A model generated the notes under the pieces. That model saw nothing but the letters and a program-made list of their open reading frames with translations, did no database searches and had not been told where the DNA came from. Both the position numbers and the translations under genes were made by a program. Below, piece after piece: positions 25,894-40,249 of a stretch of DNA of 64,000 nucleotides (position 1 is its first letter; each line of letters opens with the position of its first letter). The stretch lies in contig OX597814.1 in assembly GCA_951406725.2 (NCBI GenBank), forward strand, positions 24,986,001 to 25,050,000. The letters are read 5' to 3'. Source of the DNA: Octopus vulgaris. Its lineage: Eukaryota.

Positions 25894-27699
25894 AAATTTA
25901 TTATTATATTGAAAAACAAAGTTTAGTCTTTATTCTTCACTCGAATTCATAACTTTCTTTTGTTAGTTACTTTAATCAGATAAGCATATCAAAATCTTTA
26001 AACAGACGTACTGAAAATATATGCAGTTTTAAATATGTAAAATCTTATAAATAAGGCTAAAAGAAATTCTTCATGTTTGTAATATTTTTCTCTCTAATGT
26101 AGAAAAAAATCCCGTTGATTTATAATACCCAGCTTAAACATGTTTTACCTGTTGGAATTTATGTTCATTAAATGCTGAGGAAAAAAAATTCATAGAGCCA
26201 TTAATGCAGCAAGTTTTTCTTTCTTTTTTTTTATTACTTTTTTTCAGTTTGCATTTTTACTGTGTGTGATGTTAAGCATTGCATATTAGATGACTTTGGT
26301 AATGAAAATACACTCTTGCAGCTGTTTTAATTTTTTGTTTTTTTTTAGTTATTTTCTATATTCTTTTAACAATAGTTCTAATAAATTGCAATATAGCGAA
26401 TAATCCTAAAATCCATTAATATTCTCTGTATTTTTTTTAGATGTTTACTTGCAATGATATATGAGCAATGAATAGCAACAACTTAGACTTGGAGATATGC
26501 AATCAAATCAGAAAAGTTATAACTAAGTTAACATAAGGATTAATTTGATAAAGTTAGACATATGAAAGAATTTATACAGTACAAATTTTTATTGCTGCTA
26601 AATTATTTGCAATAAGAAATATTTTCACGCATTTTTCTCTGTGAACTGGTGCCAAAAAAGTAGAAACTCACTTATTAAGAAAAGCTATATAGCTGTTAAT
26701 AACTAAGAATAAAATGTGGTAAATTAAAAATTATCAAGTTTCAGGTGAATATTACTTCCCAAGAGACCAAACTTGAACTTACTTAATCAGTAGCAGTATC
26801 TCAATGGGAATTTGAATAACTTCTAAGAAATGCACTATGCTGATCTCATATTGATATGTTTCATTTAAGATGAGTAGATGCTTTGCTAAGTAATATTTCA
26901 AAAATGTTTCCCAGTTTTGTTTTTTCACCTATTCCATAATGTCTTCCAAAAGAAAAACTACAACATATAAAGTATTTTAAAACTAGTGCAGTTACTACTA
27001 TAGCTTATTTGCTGCAATTGAGGTTATTAAGAGAATGTTATATAATGCATTATTGCACCAGCGTATATTTATGAATAATATATTTTTGTACACTTTCGTA
27101 TTTCTACACAGTTCCCTCTATTAGCTTTTCTAAATGCCACCCTGCCTATGTGTTCATCTATGTGTATGTGTGTGTGTGTGTGTGTGTGTATGTGTGTGTA
27201 TGTATGTATGTATGTATGTATGTATGTGAGTGAATGCATTTGCATATACATGCATGTATGTATTTATATGTATGTGTATGCATGCATGCACGCATGTATG
27301 TAGATATATATGCATTGTGTATGTTTGTAAATATACATTTTCGTTGAAATTCAAGTTTTTTCACAGAATTCAAGCTGGTTATGGAAAAACAGTTTTGTTT
27401 GAGTGAAGACAGTTCAGGGGTTTGTAAATGTATCAGTGAGACAACAGGTACCTATTTGTGTATATACTTGCACTCTTGTAATGGGTGTACAAGTCTCTTT
27501 AGTACTTGAGTGTGTGTTTGTATGAGACTACTTTTCATGTATGTGTGTATATTCCATATTCACACAGAATTGTGTGTGATACATTCAATGCAGGAAATCC
27601 AGATGAAAAAATATTTGAAATGTTCTACGAATCTTAACTGTATCCACTAATCAATGTAATTTACAGGATGAAAATCAGTTAAATTTGTTCTTTCATAGA

Positions 27700-28420
27700 A
27701 AATGCCAACTTATCTAGACTTTTGTTCAAATTTATTGTTAGATAGTTCTATACAAGATACAATAAAAAAAATCTTTAGCCTTGATTCAAGAGCTATAAGT
27801 TTCCAATTAGTTTGATTCTCAATCCATTCTCTGTCTACTAAGCAGCTGTCCTCTACAATAATGCATAACTTCTTGTTCTCTGCCCCACAGAACAATATCA
27901 AATCCGTTATGTTTGGACTGGATTACCATTTCCATTAGATTGCTCCACCAGTATTTCTTATTGTTAGATATGAAAGGAACACCATTGTAATATTGGTGTT
28001 CTATTCATATGACTGTCAGTACAAACGTTCCAGTGAATAATTTTATGAATACTTCTGGCAACAATGTCATATCACATGGAAATGCAATACAGTGAAAGCA
28101 CTTTTAAACAGCTTCTGACAATGTGAGTTATATGTTCAACACTGGTGTGATATAATCAACATTTTCTACGAAAATAGGGATGTCTGGAGCCATCTTTATC
28201 TCTCTTATGTGATAAATAAAGTATTTAGTAGTTTCTGAATAGTTAAGAAGTATCCTTTCAAACAGGATGAGATGTATTTATCAATAGGTCTCAGAGACCA
28301 CTTTTCCTGTCAGTGTTGTTGGTATCCTCTAGTTTGATGGACGTGTATTCCAAAAGAACTTTGAGCAACCATTCACCATTTAAGTTTTATGAAAATTTTG
28401 CAGATTTTTATTGTCATATA
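27700..28420 (-). mobile_element. R4/Dong-like non-LTR retrotransposon 3' remnant (zinc knuckle and restriction-like endonuclease)
   Basis: Broken minus-strand peptides KGYFLTIQ, VEHITHIVRSC, YDIVARSIH, YWWSN, HNGFDIVLW and KLCIIVEDSC. Confidence 0.7.
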
Positions 28421-28829
28421 TCACCCTTCTTTAACATGTGGATTATAGAGCTAAATTCTTTATCTAAGAAACTAGGTTGAATCATACCTTAATTGAAGTT
28501 GCTTACTACATATTCTGCCACCCCAATAACAAAGCATATAAAACTTCAAGTGTATTTCTCATATGGGATTTGCAGATTCATCAACAAAAATCCACAGATG
28601 TCTCCTTTTACTTCATTTACATCAAGGGGACAGCTGATTTCTAACAACATAGTATATTTTATAATTGCAAACAATAATATCAAGTTAGTTGAGTTTCAAT
28701 TTTTGTTTCTGTTTTCATTCTTCAGTTCTACCCATAATCTTTTGATCTACTGGTCATCTTCAGTTGCTGTTTTATTTTAATTCTATTGTAGATTTCTCTG
28801 GCTATGCCATCATGCGTCTTGAGATGGTA

Positions 28830-29840
28830 ATCATCATCATCATCATCATTTAACGTCTGTTGTCATGTTGGCATAGGTTGGACAGTTTGACCAGGGTTGG
28901 CAAGCAGGAAGGCTGCACTACACTCCAGTCTGTTTTGGCATGATTTCTACAGGTGGATGGCCTTCCTAATGCCAACCATTCCAAGAGTGTTTTGGGTGCT
29001 TTCACATGCCACTAGCATGTGTGCCATTTGCATGACACCAGTATTTGCTGTGACTGTGGCATTACTTGGCTTGATGGGTCTTCTTCTCAAGCACAGCATA
29101 ATGCCAAATGGACTTAGTTATTGCTTCTGTGAGGCACAATACTCGAAGCTTGGCATAATGCCAAATATTCTGAGTCCTTGGCTCCTTGAGACCCAATGCT
29201 TGTAAGGTGCTTTTACATGCCACCGGCACGAGTGCCATTTGTGTGACACTGGTACCTGCCATGACTGCAATTTTATTTGGACTGATGAGTCTTCTCAAGC
29301 ACAACATAATGCCAAAGGTCTCAGTCATTGCCTCCATGAAGCCCAACATTTGAAAGGAACTCAACCACTTTGCTTCTGCGAGGCTCAATGTTCAAAGGTG
29401 CTTTCTACGTGCCACCAGCATAGGTGCCACTTAAGTGACAACAGCATCAGCCACGACTATGATTTCACTTGGCCTGATGGATCTTCTCAAACACAACATA
29501 TCGCCATAGGTTTTGGTCACTAGTTGTTGCCTCTGAGAGGCTTAAAGTTTGGAGATCATGCTTCACCACCTTACCCTATGCCTTCCTGAATCTACCTCTA
29601 TCACAGGTTCACTCCACAGTTCGGGATCAGCACTTCTTTACACAGCTGTCCTCGTCCATACACATCATATGACCATACCAGTACATTTATCTCCCTTGCA
29701 CACCACATCTGATGTCTCTTATGCCTAACTTTTTTCTCAAGATGCTTACACTCTGTCAAACATGCACACTGACATTGCACAGCCAGTGAATCATACTGGC
29801 TTCATTTCTTTCAAACTGAAGCATGTCCTCGACTATCACC
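28830..29840 (-). mobile_element. RTE LINE 3' fragment with internal tandem subrepeats
   Basis: RT C-terminal region homologous to 44380-44700; (GAT)n tail at ~28830. Confidence 0.85.
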
Positions 29841-30894
29841 TAGAAGATATATTCTCTCACAGTTGGCTATGATGTGGATAATGTTTCAGTTTTCATTTGG
29901 TGTAATCTATATATATTGTCCACTCGTGATTTCTGTCTTTTGTATATAAGGTATTGGTGAGGATTTCTTGCTAGTGAATTACATGGAGGTGCCTTTGAAG
30001 GTAAGATGCTATAAATTTTGTTGGTAGTCCACACAAATCCTTTCCTTTGCTTTATCTTCTCTGTGTTCTTTTCAGCAAAACTGATCTAATTTGGAATTTT
30101 GTTGCATTGGAAATGGATTAATGTAAGCTTGTACATACACATTATGTAAGCATGCAAACATGCATGTATGTAAGGATGCATATTTGTGTGTATGCATATA
30201 TGAATATGTTCATACAAGTGTGTATATATTATGGTTATTTTTACTTCTAGCAATGAAGAAGGGAATGAATTCTAATTAAGAAACAAAGGTCTTATTGTCA
30301 ACTAGATAACAAAAACAGAGAAGAGTTACCTGTTGAATTCTAGAATAATCTCGCATATTTTCACAGCTTTGTTTATAAATTACATTTGAAGAACACACAT
30401 GAAATAAACATCAGAGATGTTTTGCTCATTGCAGAAACTGCAGAAACCACTTAATGATGTTGCACGCTCTTCAGCTGATTGTGACCAAATAAATTAATCA
30501 CTTTCTTTCTTGCTGGAAAAACATTACTTTCAGAAAAATTCTTATTCAAACAATAACATTTTTGTATCTATATATATGTGTGTCTGTTTGTCTTTTGGTC
30601 AACAAACACACTGACTGGTCAACCGATGGTCATGTAAACATGAGACATTTGTGTAAGCAAATCACACTTCATGTCTCATGCATCATAAAGCTTTGTACAC
30701 ACTTTCACTTGTCTATAATCTTGATATGAATTAGTTGTGCTAATTTATCTCCATATTAACGTTGCATTTTTCTTATCCTTACTAAGGTACTTTTCTTCTC
30801 CTTTGCTAAGGTTCTTAGCAAAGTTTATCAACTCATCGAAACTCTGTAATAAAATCAAAGATGTTCAGTTCAGTCTTAGACAAAAGGCAGATAC

Positions 30895-31098
30895 AAGTGC
30901 ACAGGTGTGGGAGCGGCTTACCAAACACAGGGTTCTGTGTTTAGTCCCACTGCATGGTACTTAGGGCATGTCTTCTACTATAGCCTCGGGTCAACCAAAA
31001 CATTGTGTGTGGATTTGGTAGATGGAAACTGAAAGAAGCCCGTCATATATATTATATATATATGTGTGTGTGTGTATATGTATGTGTATGTATGAATG

Positions 31099-31129
<31 letters not shown>

Positions 31130-31440
31130 TTCTTTACTACCCACAAGGGGCTAAACACAGAGGGGACAAACAAGGACAGACAATATATATATATGTATAT
31201 ATGTATGTGTGTGTATATGTTTGTGTGTCTGTGTTGGTCCCCCAACATCATTTGACAACCGATGCTGGTATGTTTACGCCACCATATCTTAGCAGTTCAG
31301 CAAAATAGACTGATAGAATAAGTACTAGGCTACTAGGCTTACAAAGAATAAGTTCTGGAGTCAGTTTGCTCGACTGAGGGCAGTGCTCCAGCATGGCTGC
31401 AATCAAATGACTGAAACAAATAAAAGAATAAAAGAAAAGA
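30895..31440 (+). mobile_element. SINE family A with a family-B tail fragment (~31128-31183, minus) nested in its TA tract
   Basis: Same head, core and tail as 23838-24250; nested piece is the reverse complement of 25651-25705. Confidence 0.85.
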
Positions 31441-32619
31441 ATACAGAAACAACACATAGAAGTTACTTTAAAAGATACAATAAAAGAATAGTGGCGACAA
31501 AAAACTTATGAAAGTATCATGAATTATTTGTTAAAGCTTTGCTTTACATTGTTACAGTCATCATGATATACCACAAATATATTTGTTGCTTTCTTTGCTT
31601 GAATTAGTCATGATGTGTTGGTATCTTGTCTTATTTATCGTATAGTCACTGAAACTCAATGCTATACAGTAGAACAAAACACTTGCCAGTCACAATTTAT
31701 GTTGCTTGAATTTAGAAGATAAAAGTAACCTGACAGTAGATAAACTATATGGAGAAATGCTCTGCTGACTTCAAATATAAAGTGACAATCCATGAAACAC
31801 AATTTCATGTAGGAAGGAATAAACAGCATTATATAGCAAAGCTGTCTCTATTTCAAACTGTTGTCTGTTTTCTGATGAACTGGTAAATTTAACTTCAAAT
31901 TTTCATAGAAAATACGTATGCTATTTCAAATTACGTTTAAAAAACAATATGTAAACTAAATTAAATATCCCTTCAAAGTAGTCTTCTATTTAGGTAGCTA
32001 TTTCAAATACTTGTCTGTCACAATGAAACTGCTTTGTTCTTTTATCTCAATGGTTATCTTGCTTTGATATTTGCTAACATTGATAAGGTCATAAACTTTT
32101 ATATGTTGCTATTGTAGAATGACTGCCCAGCACCCACAAATCCAAAATTGCCTTTTTGAACCAGCTCATCTTATAGCTTTTTAACCCAACAATCAAAAGT
32201 ATCTCGTCAACTTTGCTGAACCTTTTTGTCCATCATTTCTTTATGTTAATGGCTGTGTAAGTGATACACTTAGGATATTTTCTTGCATTTACCTTAAAGA
32301 TCAATAATACAACAGATTTCATATTAGGCTCTCCCTCTTGCTCAGTCTTCTCCACTTTTATACTCACTGTTCTCAATTGCAATAATTTTAATTGTTTGTG
32401 TTGAACAGGATAACTGAGCTTGACTATTTTCAGCTGTGTATCTCACTGCTCAGCTTGAGCAGTATACCTTTGAGCTACTGAACTCAGCAAATTCTTCATC
32501 CAGCTGATATTGAGATATGGAAAGAGTTAACTTGTGAAAGACAAGCTTTTTAATTTTCTGTTGATTGACTATGTTCTCAATGCAGCATGGTAAACATAAT
32601 GTTACTGAGTCAACTCACC

Positions 32620-33077
32620 ATTATCATCATCATCATCATCTTCATCTTCATCATCGTTTAACAGCCGCTTTCCATGCTAGCATGGGTTGGAGAATTTGAC
32701 TGAGGTCTGGTGAACCAGATAGCTGCACTAGACTCAATCTGATCTGGCAGAGTTTCTACAGCTGGATGCCCTTTCTAATGCCAACCACTCCGAGAGTGAA
32801 GTGGGTGCTTTTACGTGCCACTGGCACGAAGGTCAGTCAGGCAGTACTAGCAATGGCCACTCTCAAATGGTGCTTTTTATGTGCCACCTGCACAGAAGCC
32901 AGTCCAGCAGCACTGGCAACGACCTCGCTCAAATGATTTTTTTCACGTGCCACCAGCACAAGTGCCAGTAAGGCGACACAGGTAACGATCACGCTCAAAT
33001 GGTGCTTTTTACATGCCATCGGCACGGAGGCCAGCTTGGCAACGTCACGTTCGTATGGTACTCTTAGCGCTCCACTA
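32620..33077 (-). mobile_element. RTE-related 3' fragment with ~60-bp subrepeats
   Basis: Reverse-complement match to ~975-1423. Confidence 0.85.
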
Positions 33078-34328
33078 TGTTATTGAGTTGACATTAACCA
33101 ATTACATTGTACAGCAATTTAGGTATTCATTTTTAAAAAGTAATGAAAGTTGACCATTTGAAAACATTTTTTATATCTCACATCAATTGCCTTTCGCTCA
33201 TAACACCAAAAAGAAAACAGTCTTTTTTATATCAATAAAATTTTAAACTGTCAATCCAAATAATTTTCAAGCAAGGCTGTTTGAATTTAAGCACTTTCAG
33301 CAATAAGTGCATAGGTCAGAAGCTCACTAATAATTTTTCCATCGCAGTATGTATTAATAGAATGTTGTCCAATTTTTCCTCTCTCAGCTCAAGGGTTGCT
33401 CTGCTTTTAGAGATTTCTTTAAACATGTTTTTCGTTTCTTTTCACAAACAACTTATAGTCAGAGTCAAGTACACTTTTAGCTAGGCTAACAGTTACATTG
33501 TGTAAATTTCTTCCCACTTGCATAAAACTGTTACCTACATGCAAACCTACATGCCAGCCTGCACAACCTTCATGAAAGAAGACTAACAAAGTCTCTTGTA
33601 TTGCAGACTTATCAACAGAAATAAGAATATGACACATTTCATGAGAACATTCATAGATTACAGCTATTAAAAAATAAAAACTACCAACAAGATAGACAAA
33701 TCAATTTTGTTTGTCCAAAACTGGGGACTACATGGGGACTAACTAGGGCATCACTACACATTCTGAACAGCTTCAACAAAATTTCATAATCCAAATGATA
33801 ATGTGCAAACTTAGAAATAAAGAAGGCAAGCGAGGCCATTCTTGAAACAGAAGAGAATGGATGACAGGGATAGACTGGTGGTGGGAAATGTGAGGGTTGT
33901 ATTGTATGAGGACTTATTTCACGATTTGGTATGGGTGAGAATGGACTGTTGAGTGGAAGGTGAAGGCTTAATAACTTTCTTTGAGTGGACAGGACAATAA
34001 TTGTCAAGATCTCAGTTAAATCAGCCTAATAAACTATAAGGAGTAACTTTTATAACATAATTAACTGATTTTTCATGTTTATATTTTTAATGTTTTGCCT
34101 GAATATTTTTCATTGAACATATCTCTTTAAACTAAATGCAAAGTAATAATTAAATACAGGATAGAAATGTTTTAATTGGTAGCTTTTTTTCTTTAACCAT
34201 AGTGTTTCATGTCAGATTTTATCAGGAGTACACATTGTAGTGTTGGCTTATGGCTCTGAACACACTGGCTCTGGCTCTACATTTATTTGTAGTCTCACAA
34301 ATAAGTGTGTTCCTTTTACAACAATTTA

Positions 34329-34570
34329 ACATCATCATCATCATCATCATCATCGTCGTCGTCATTTAATGTCCGCTTTCCATGCTAGCATGGGCTGGAC
34401 AAATTGACTGAGGAAATGCGAATCAGATGGCTGCACCAGGCTCCAAACTTGATTTGGCAGAGTTTCTAAAGCTGGATACTCTTCCTAATGCCAACCACTC
34501 CGAGAGTGTAGTGGCTGCTTTTAGATGCCACCAGCATGAGGGCCAGTAAGTTGGTACTGGCAATGGTCAC
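34329..34570 (-). mobile_element. RTE-related 3' fragment
   Basis: (CAT)n tail and family 3' end. Confidence 0.85.
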
Positions 34571-35554
34571 CGAAAATCAAAATTGTCTTGACTGTTCATA
34601 TCACTCACACATACTGTATTTACCTTTCCTTTTCATATCACTTCCCCCCACTGTTTAGAAAACATTGCATGCCATCATTTACGAAATGTTCTAAGCATTT
34701 TTTCTTTCCAACCATTTTGCTTTTAAATTTACATTATTTGGAAATTCTATCACTATTCATCCCATCTAACCAGCAACAATTCAAACTGACCAGTGATTGC
34801 CATAGTACCACTCAGTTATTCTTAATATATAGTCAAAGAGGGCTCAAAAACTCTATAGAAATTCTTCCTTTATCAGACTGACATTGCAATTAAAAAACAA
34901 ACAAACAAAACAGTCACAACACAATCTATGAATAAAGAAAATATGAAGAAATTTTTCTTTCAGCTGATTGAAAAGTCGGAGAACAGAATAGATGTCCATA
35001 ACACCAGTTCTTTTCACAACACAAATTTTATTATTGATGTGTGCAGTGACACAAGCAGTGTTTCTAACAAAATCTGAAGTAATGAATAAGCATTACCAGT
35101 AGTAAATAAACAGCAGTGTGAAGGTTTGTGGTATAATAATAATTAGATCTTACAACTACACTTGTTCATAATAATAAGAGACATATCAGATATTTACCTA
35201 TGAACCACTCAGAAAAATTCATTAAAGAGTCATGGTGAATGGAAGCAGTCAAGACTAGTGATGCACAAAGAATAGAATGAATTAAGAATCTAGAAGAAAA
35301 CAACTTTCAATAAGTTGACATAATCCTTACATACATACACAAAAGGCTTCGTTTTTTTTTCAAATCAGTTTCTTAAGTAATACCGGGCTTAAAACGTTGA
35401 AAAAAGGCATTGTGTTATAATGGCTAAACAAATTATCATCAATGAAATAGGGAATTGTGAATGATCATACAGAGAAATGACTTAACAGAGAATAAAATAA
35501 TGATTCTTCTAATTCTGTAGGTGCTGTTCTTTAGCCCATATCAGACCTGACTGA

Positions 35555-35740
35555 AGGTGTGCAGGAGTGAAGATTGTGCTGATATTGTCATGTGATGTGT
35601 ATAGATGAAAACAGCTGCATATAGACGTGCCCTACAAATGGATGGAACTTATAGTAGAGGGAAACCCAAAATGACATGAACAAAGCTGGGAAGACTGAGC
35701 TCAGAGACTGAGTGGAGATGACAAAAGACTGAGTTGATTG
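35555..35740 (+). mobile_element. Old RTE RT C-terminal remnant
   Basis: Degenerate match to GTGCAAGAGAGACGACTGCATTGGTATGGTCAT... at 43317. Confidence 0.55.
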
Positions 35741-35987
35741 ATAATTTACTGTCCTTGAGTTCTTAAATACAAATCGGGAATGTCTAAGCCCTGACATCCA
35801 AGTTTTACCCTTCAAGCCTTCCCAACAATTCATATTCATAAAACCCTTCCCTCTTCCACCCTTCTCACTATGATGTTATTGCCTCAGCTGCTGTTATTAT
35901 ATTAGAGCAGAACTGCACATATTCCATCTCTTCAACCACTTCCTTTGTCACATGTCCCACATTCTCATCATCATCTCTTACCACTGT

Positions 35988-36195
35988 AAGGCTGCGAGCT
36001 GACAGAATCATTAGCATGCAGGGTGAAATGCTTAGCAGTATTTAATCTCTTGCTATGTTCTGAATTCAAAGTTTTCCAAGGTCGACTTTACCTTTCATCC
36101 TTTCAGGGTCAATAAAATAAGTACCAGTTGAACATTTGGGTCAATGTAATTGACTCATCCCCTCTCCAAAAACTGCTGCCCTTGTGGCAAATTTA
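35988..36195 (+). mobile_element. SINE family B
   Basis: Head and core match 25478-25700. Confidence 0.85.
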
Positions 36196-37333
36196 TCTCT
36201 TACCACTGTATTTTCCATTGAACACGTCTTTCCCCTAAATGTCTTCTCATATCTACCATCAATAATCCATCACCTTTTGTCACTCATTATATCCACCCCT
36301 ATATGCTTCTGACCTTCATCTCTGTCACTTATCATCATCTCTATCCTTAATAATTCACATCATGTCCCTATTTCTCACCCACAGTTTAATTACACTGTTG
36401 CTCTCCACTTCACCTCTTTTATGTACAGTGCTGCCTGACTGGTCCCACGCCAGTGGCACATAAAAAGCACCATTTAAGCATGGTCGATGCCAGTGCGTCT
36501 TGACTGGCCCTCAGACCCTCAGGCCAGTGCCATGTAACATTCCCCATTGACTCTACGTCTACAGCCTGCTCAGTCTCATAATGCCTTCTCCCCATTCTCA
36601 CATCTTTTGACCACTCATCTCACTTTATCAATCTTTTGCTCTAGCACTCTCTACTGGGTCACTCTCCTTCCTATCACTGTCAGCTTACCTTGTCTTCTAT
36701 CCACCTTTTTAGATACTAGTTTAATTTCTCCTACTCACTGTCATTCTTCCTATGTAGGGATGTCATTGTACCTATCTAACCGTATTTCCTCTGAAACATT
36801 TCCCCATTTTCCTCTCACTGGACTATACCATTCCTTTAATGGGGTATGGATCTGGACTTCTCTGTATTCGAGCACCCTTCTACTATCCTCTGCTTAATAC
36901 ACCCAATCATCATCCTTTTTATTCTAACAGCCAACATTCCCACCTCCACACCCCTACAGCTCTGTCTCTACCAACATATACTTGTTCCTTTCACCTACAT
37001 GCACCCTAGTTTCTCCTACCATCACTCTGTTTGCTATTCATCCTCTTGGTCATGTTGTATTCCACAAATGGACTCAACATAAGGTAGTGAGAACTTTTTA
37101 GTCTTAGAAGGTGTTGTGTCATAATGAAATGCATCCAGTACACTCAGTAAAGGGGATAACAATTAAGTGAAGACAGCATAGGGTCATGATTGTAACATGA
37201 CAAAAGGTCTAGAGCTGTTGCCATGGTGAAATGCACTCAGGATATTTTATAATGTGCTTGATGATAGAAAGGGCATCCAAATTTAAAAACTAAGCTAAAA
37301 TACTGCTGTACTACTGTTGCTACTGATGATGAC

Positions 37334-37373
<40 letters not shown>

Positions 37374-38282
37374 GTGTTGATGTGTTTGTGTAAAGCCATG
37401 TCTGTATTTATGTTTACCATTATGAACTGGGGTTGAGTTGCTTTGCTGAGTATCAAAATTATGAGTAAGTGCTCCACAAAGAAACACTGTTCATATGGGT
37501 AGCTAAAAGTCCTTGTCCATGCAGACGGTGCCACAGCATGGCCATAATCCAATAAATAAAAGAAAGAAAAAGGTAAAACTCTGAAATGATAACCATATGG
37601 ATGTAAAACCTTAAAAAAATATATGTTGAGTGCTTTATAGGGCATCTTTGTAATCTGGTTCTCAGTCTGAGCATCTTCATTTATTTCCTAAAAGTATCCT
37701 AGACTTCATACATATGCAGTACATAACTGAGAAGAATGCTATATAAATTGAATTACGTATAATGCTAATGATATTGTAATTGAACATAGGTAAAGATATG
37801 AAAACATAAATTGAAACGTCAGTTATAGCAAGTTTATATGCAAAGATAATACTGAAATAGAAAATGAACTTATTGTGAGGCATTTCTTTGCCTGAAGTAA
37901 TCAAATGGAAATGGATAAAAGTTAAGAAAGTCTTGGAGCTTCATTAATTATAAGAATTTCTTTATCTTCTGTTATATTTGTGAAAAAAGAGTAAATAAAA
38001 CATATAAAATATTTGTAGACATATCTAAATAAGAAAATTGCTTGTAAGAAATTATGTAAGTTTTCAATAACTTTGCTGTAAAAGAACAGTATATTAGAAC
38101 ATAAAAACAGTCTTAATTATAACACGGATTTTTTTTTTTTGTGTATATGTGTGTGTATGATAAATGACAAATTCTATTTGAAAGTCAAATTTTTTTTCTG
38201 TCATTCTTGATGTTAGAGTGGTTAAATGGTTTGGACTTTTAACCCAAGGTGAATATTTAAGTGTGTTTGAATAGTCAGTTTG

Positions 38283-38324
38283 ATTTTAAAATATCTTGCT
38301 CTCTCTCTCTCTTTCCCTCCCTCC

Positions 38325-38361
<37 letters not shown>

Positions 38362-38852
38362 ATTTTTGCTGACATCTCATAATGAATTGATAATTTAATT
38401 GCAAGAAAATAAAACAATATAGGAGTCAAATTATGAAGACTGAGTATACATAATCAACAAGCAGATAGTCACAATTTGAACACTTCAAATAAATTTTTCA
38501 CTAGATAAGAAAACACAATGGCAGTGCCCCAGCATGGCCGCAGCTCATGACCTGAAACTAGATAAAATGAAAAAAAAAAATGAAAAAATGAAATAGCAGC
38601 TATATTGTCTTTTCTTTATCTGGGATATGGTGCTATATATTTTAAATGTATATCCCATCCACGAGATTTATTCATTATTTTGCTGTATTACATCCTTCAT
38701 AAGTAGCATTTATCAATTGCTATGAGTAGAACTTTATATGAGAGTTGCAAATATTCTGTGAACTGGATGAGTCATCAATGTATTGGACAGACAACATTAT
38801 GGTATTTGTTCTGAATTTCTGTGCTCTGAGTGCAAATTTCACTAAGGCCAGA
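38283..38852. repeat. Left arm (source) of inverted duplication; partner 40570-41054
   Basis: Reverse-complement near-identity; both arms give MQLNYQFIMRCQ on opposite strands. Confidence 0.92.
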
Positions 38853-40249
38853 TTTGTCTTTCATCTTTTGAGGATCATAAAAAGGTATCAATCCAGAGTA
38901 GTGAATTGACAGAACTGCTAAAGTGTTGAGCAGTCTGACTTGTTGAAGCTGTTGTGGCATTTTACTTTCGGTTACATGCTTGTAACAGTATAGGTGCCAA
39001 ATAGTGACAGTTCAAATCAGCAGCTTTTTTCCTTGGATAAACATTGGTACATGGAAAGAGAGATTTCCATGCACAAGCAGCTACTGCTCTTATTCAAGAT
39101 ATCATGCCAAGGCCTGCACATACATGTGCAAGTGCGTGAATGCATGGTCAAATGTGATTATGAGTAGCTGACTTGAATTACTCTGCCATCTAGCACACAT
39201 AATCTGTTTTTTGAAGGGGTTTTTTTTTGTCATCCAAAATATCATTCAGGATATCATTTACACATGAATTTCTGGATTTCTGGGGAATTCAAATAAAAGT
39301 TGAAATTATGGTCATCTGAGGCCTGATCATATATTATGTTTTATGTTAGATTTTTTTTTCTTCTTTTGTAACTGAGAGTAAATATATTTTCCTACATAGA
39401 ATTAGTTTTTAAATCTGTCTAAACTTGTACAAATAGTAAACACTGTAAGTAATATTAGCCTATTCTCATTAACTTCTCAAATTTTCCAAAGATTATTTAC
39501 TGTCATTTTCTGAAAAGAAAATATATAAAAAAGAATAAAAAAGAAATATCAAAAAAATATTATTTTTGATTTTCGATCATTATCAAACACAAATTTTGTG
39601 TGAACAATATATTCCTTTATGTGCTTCTGGCTACACTAGTCACAAACCATTGCAACAAAATTCTATTTCATATATCTGTAAGAATTACCATTCTCTCTCT
39701 CTCTCTCTCTCTCTCCCGTTTGGCAGAAATTAGAGCATGATTGAACCAAAAGAAGACAGTCTTTTTCTGTTAGGAATAACTGATACAACACCCTGAGGCA
39801 CTATTTATTTCTATATAATTATAAAGTAAGAATCGAGTTTTGACAACAAAGTTATTTAGAGACTTTATCATTCAAGAATGAATCTAAAGTTAATTCTGGA
39901 GATATATACACTGTTTAGATGGTATATATTTACAGTTTGGGTGTGTTCAGCAAGATGACAAAGATTCCTTATCAGAAGTTTTCTAGAAAATTTCAATTAC
40001 TGGCTGCCAGGTATTAGTATAAAAAATTGTTGACAGACAAACTGAAGTTACACAATTTTCTTGAACTCATAAATGTATATCTACTACTACTACTACTACT
40101 ACTACTACCATCACTACCTCTACTACTTTGTTTTAGAAATAGTATATACCATGGATCCCAAATTTTCATAGAACTCATGGTAAGTATTTTGTGAAGATCA
40201 AATAGGCTTTGACTTCAATTTTTATCAGATGGTTTGTTCAATTAAAGAA

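Noticed and set aside
27968-28123. Plus-strand AG...GTGAGT exon candidate
   Set aside because: Stops in the frames examined; better explained as the antisense of an R4/Dong-like remnant
32117-32257. AG...GTAAGT exon candidate
   Set aside because: Stops in all three frames and no recognisable homology; a non-coding exon cannot be excluded
38951-39396. Second solo LTR
   Set aside because: LTR-like composition and AATAAA, but no matching termini or TSD found
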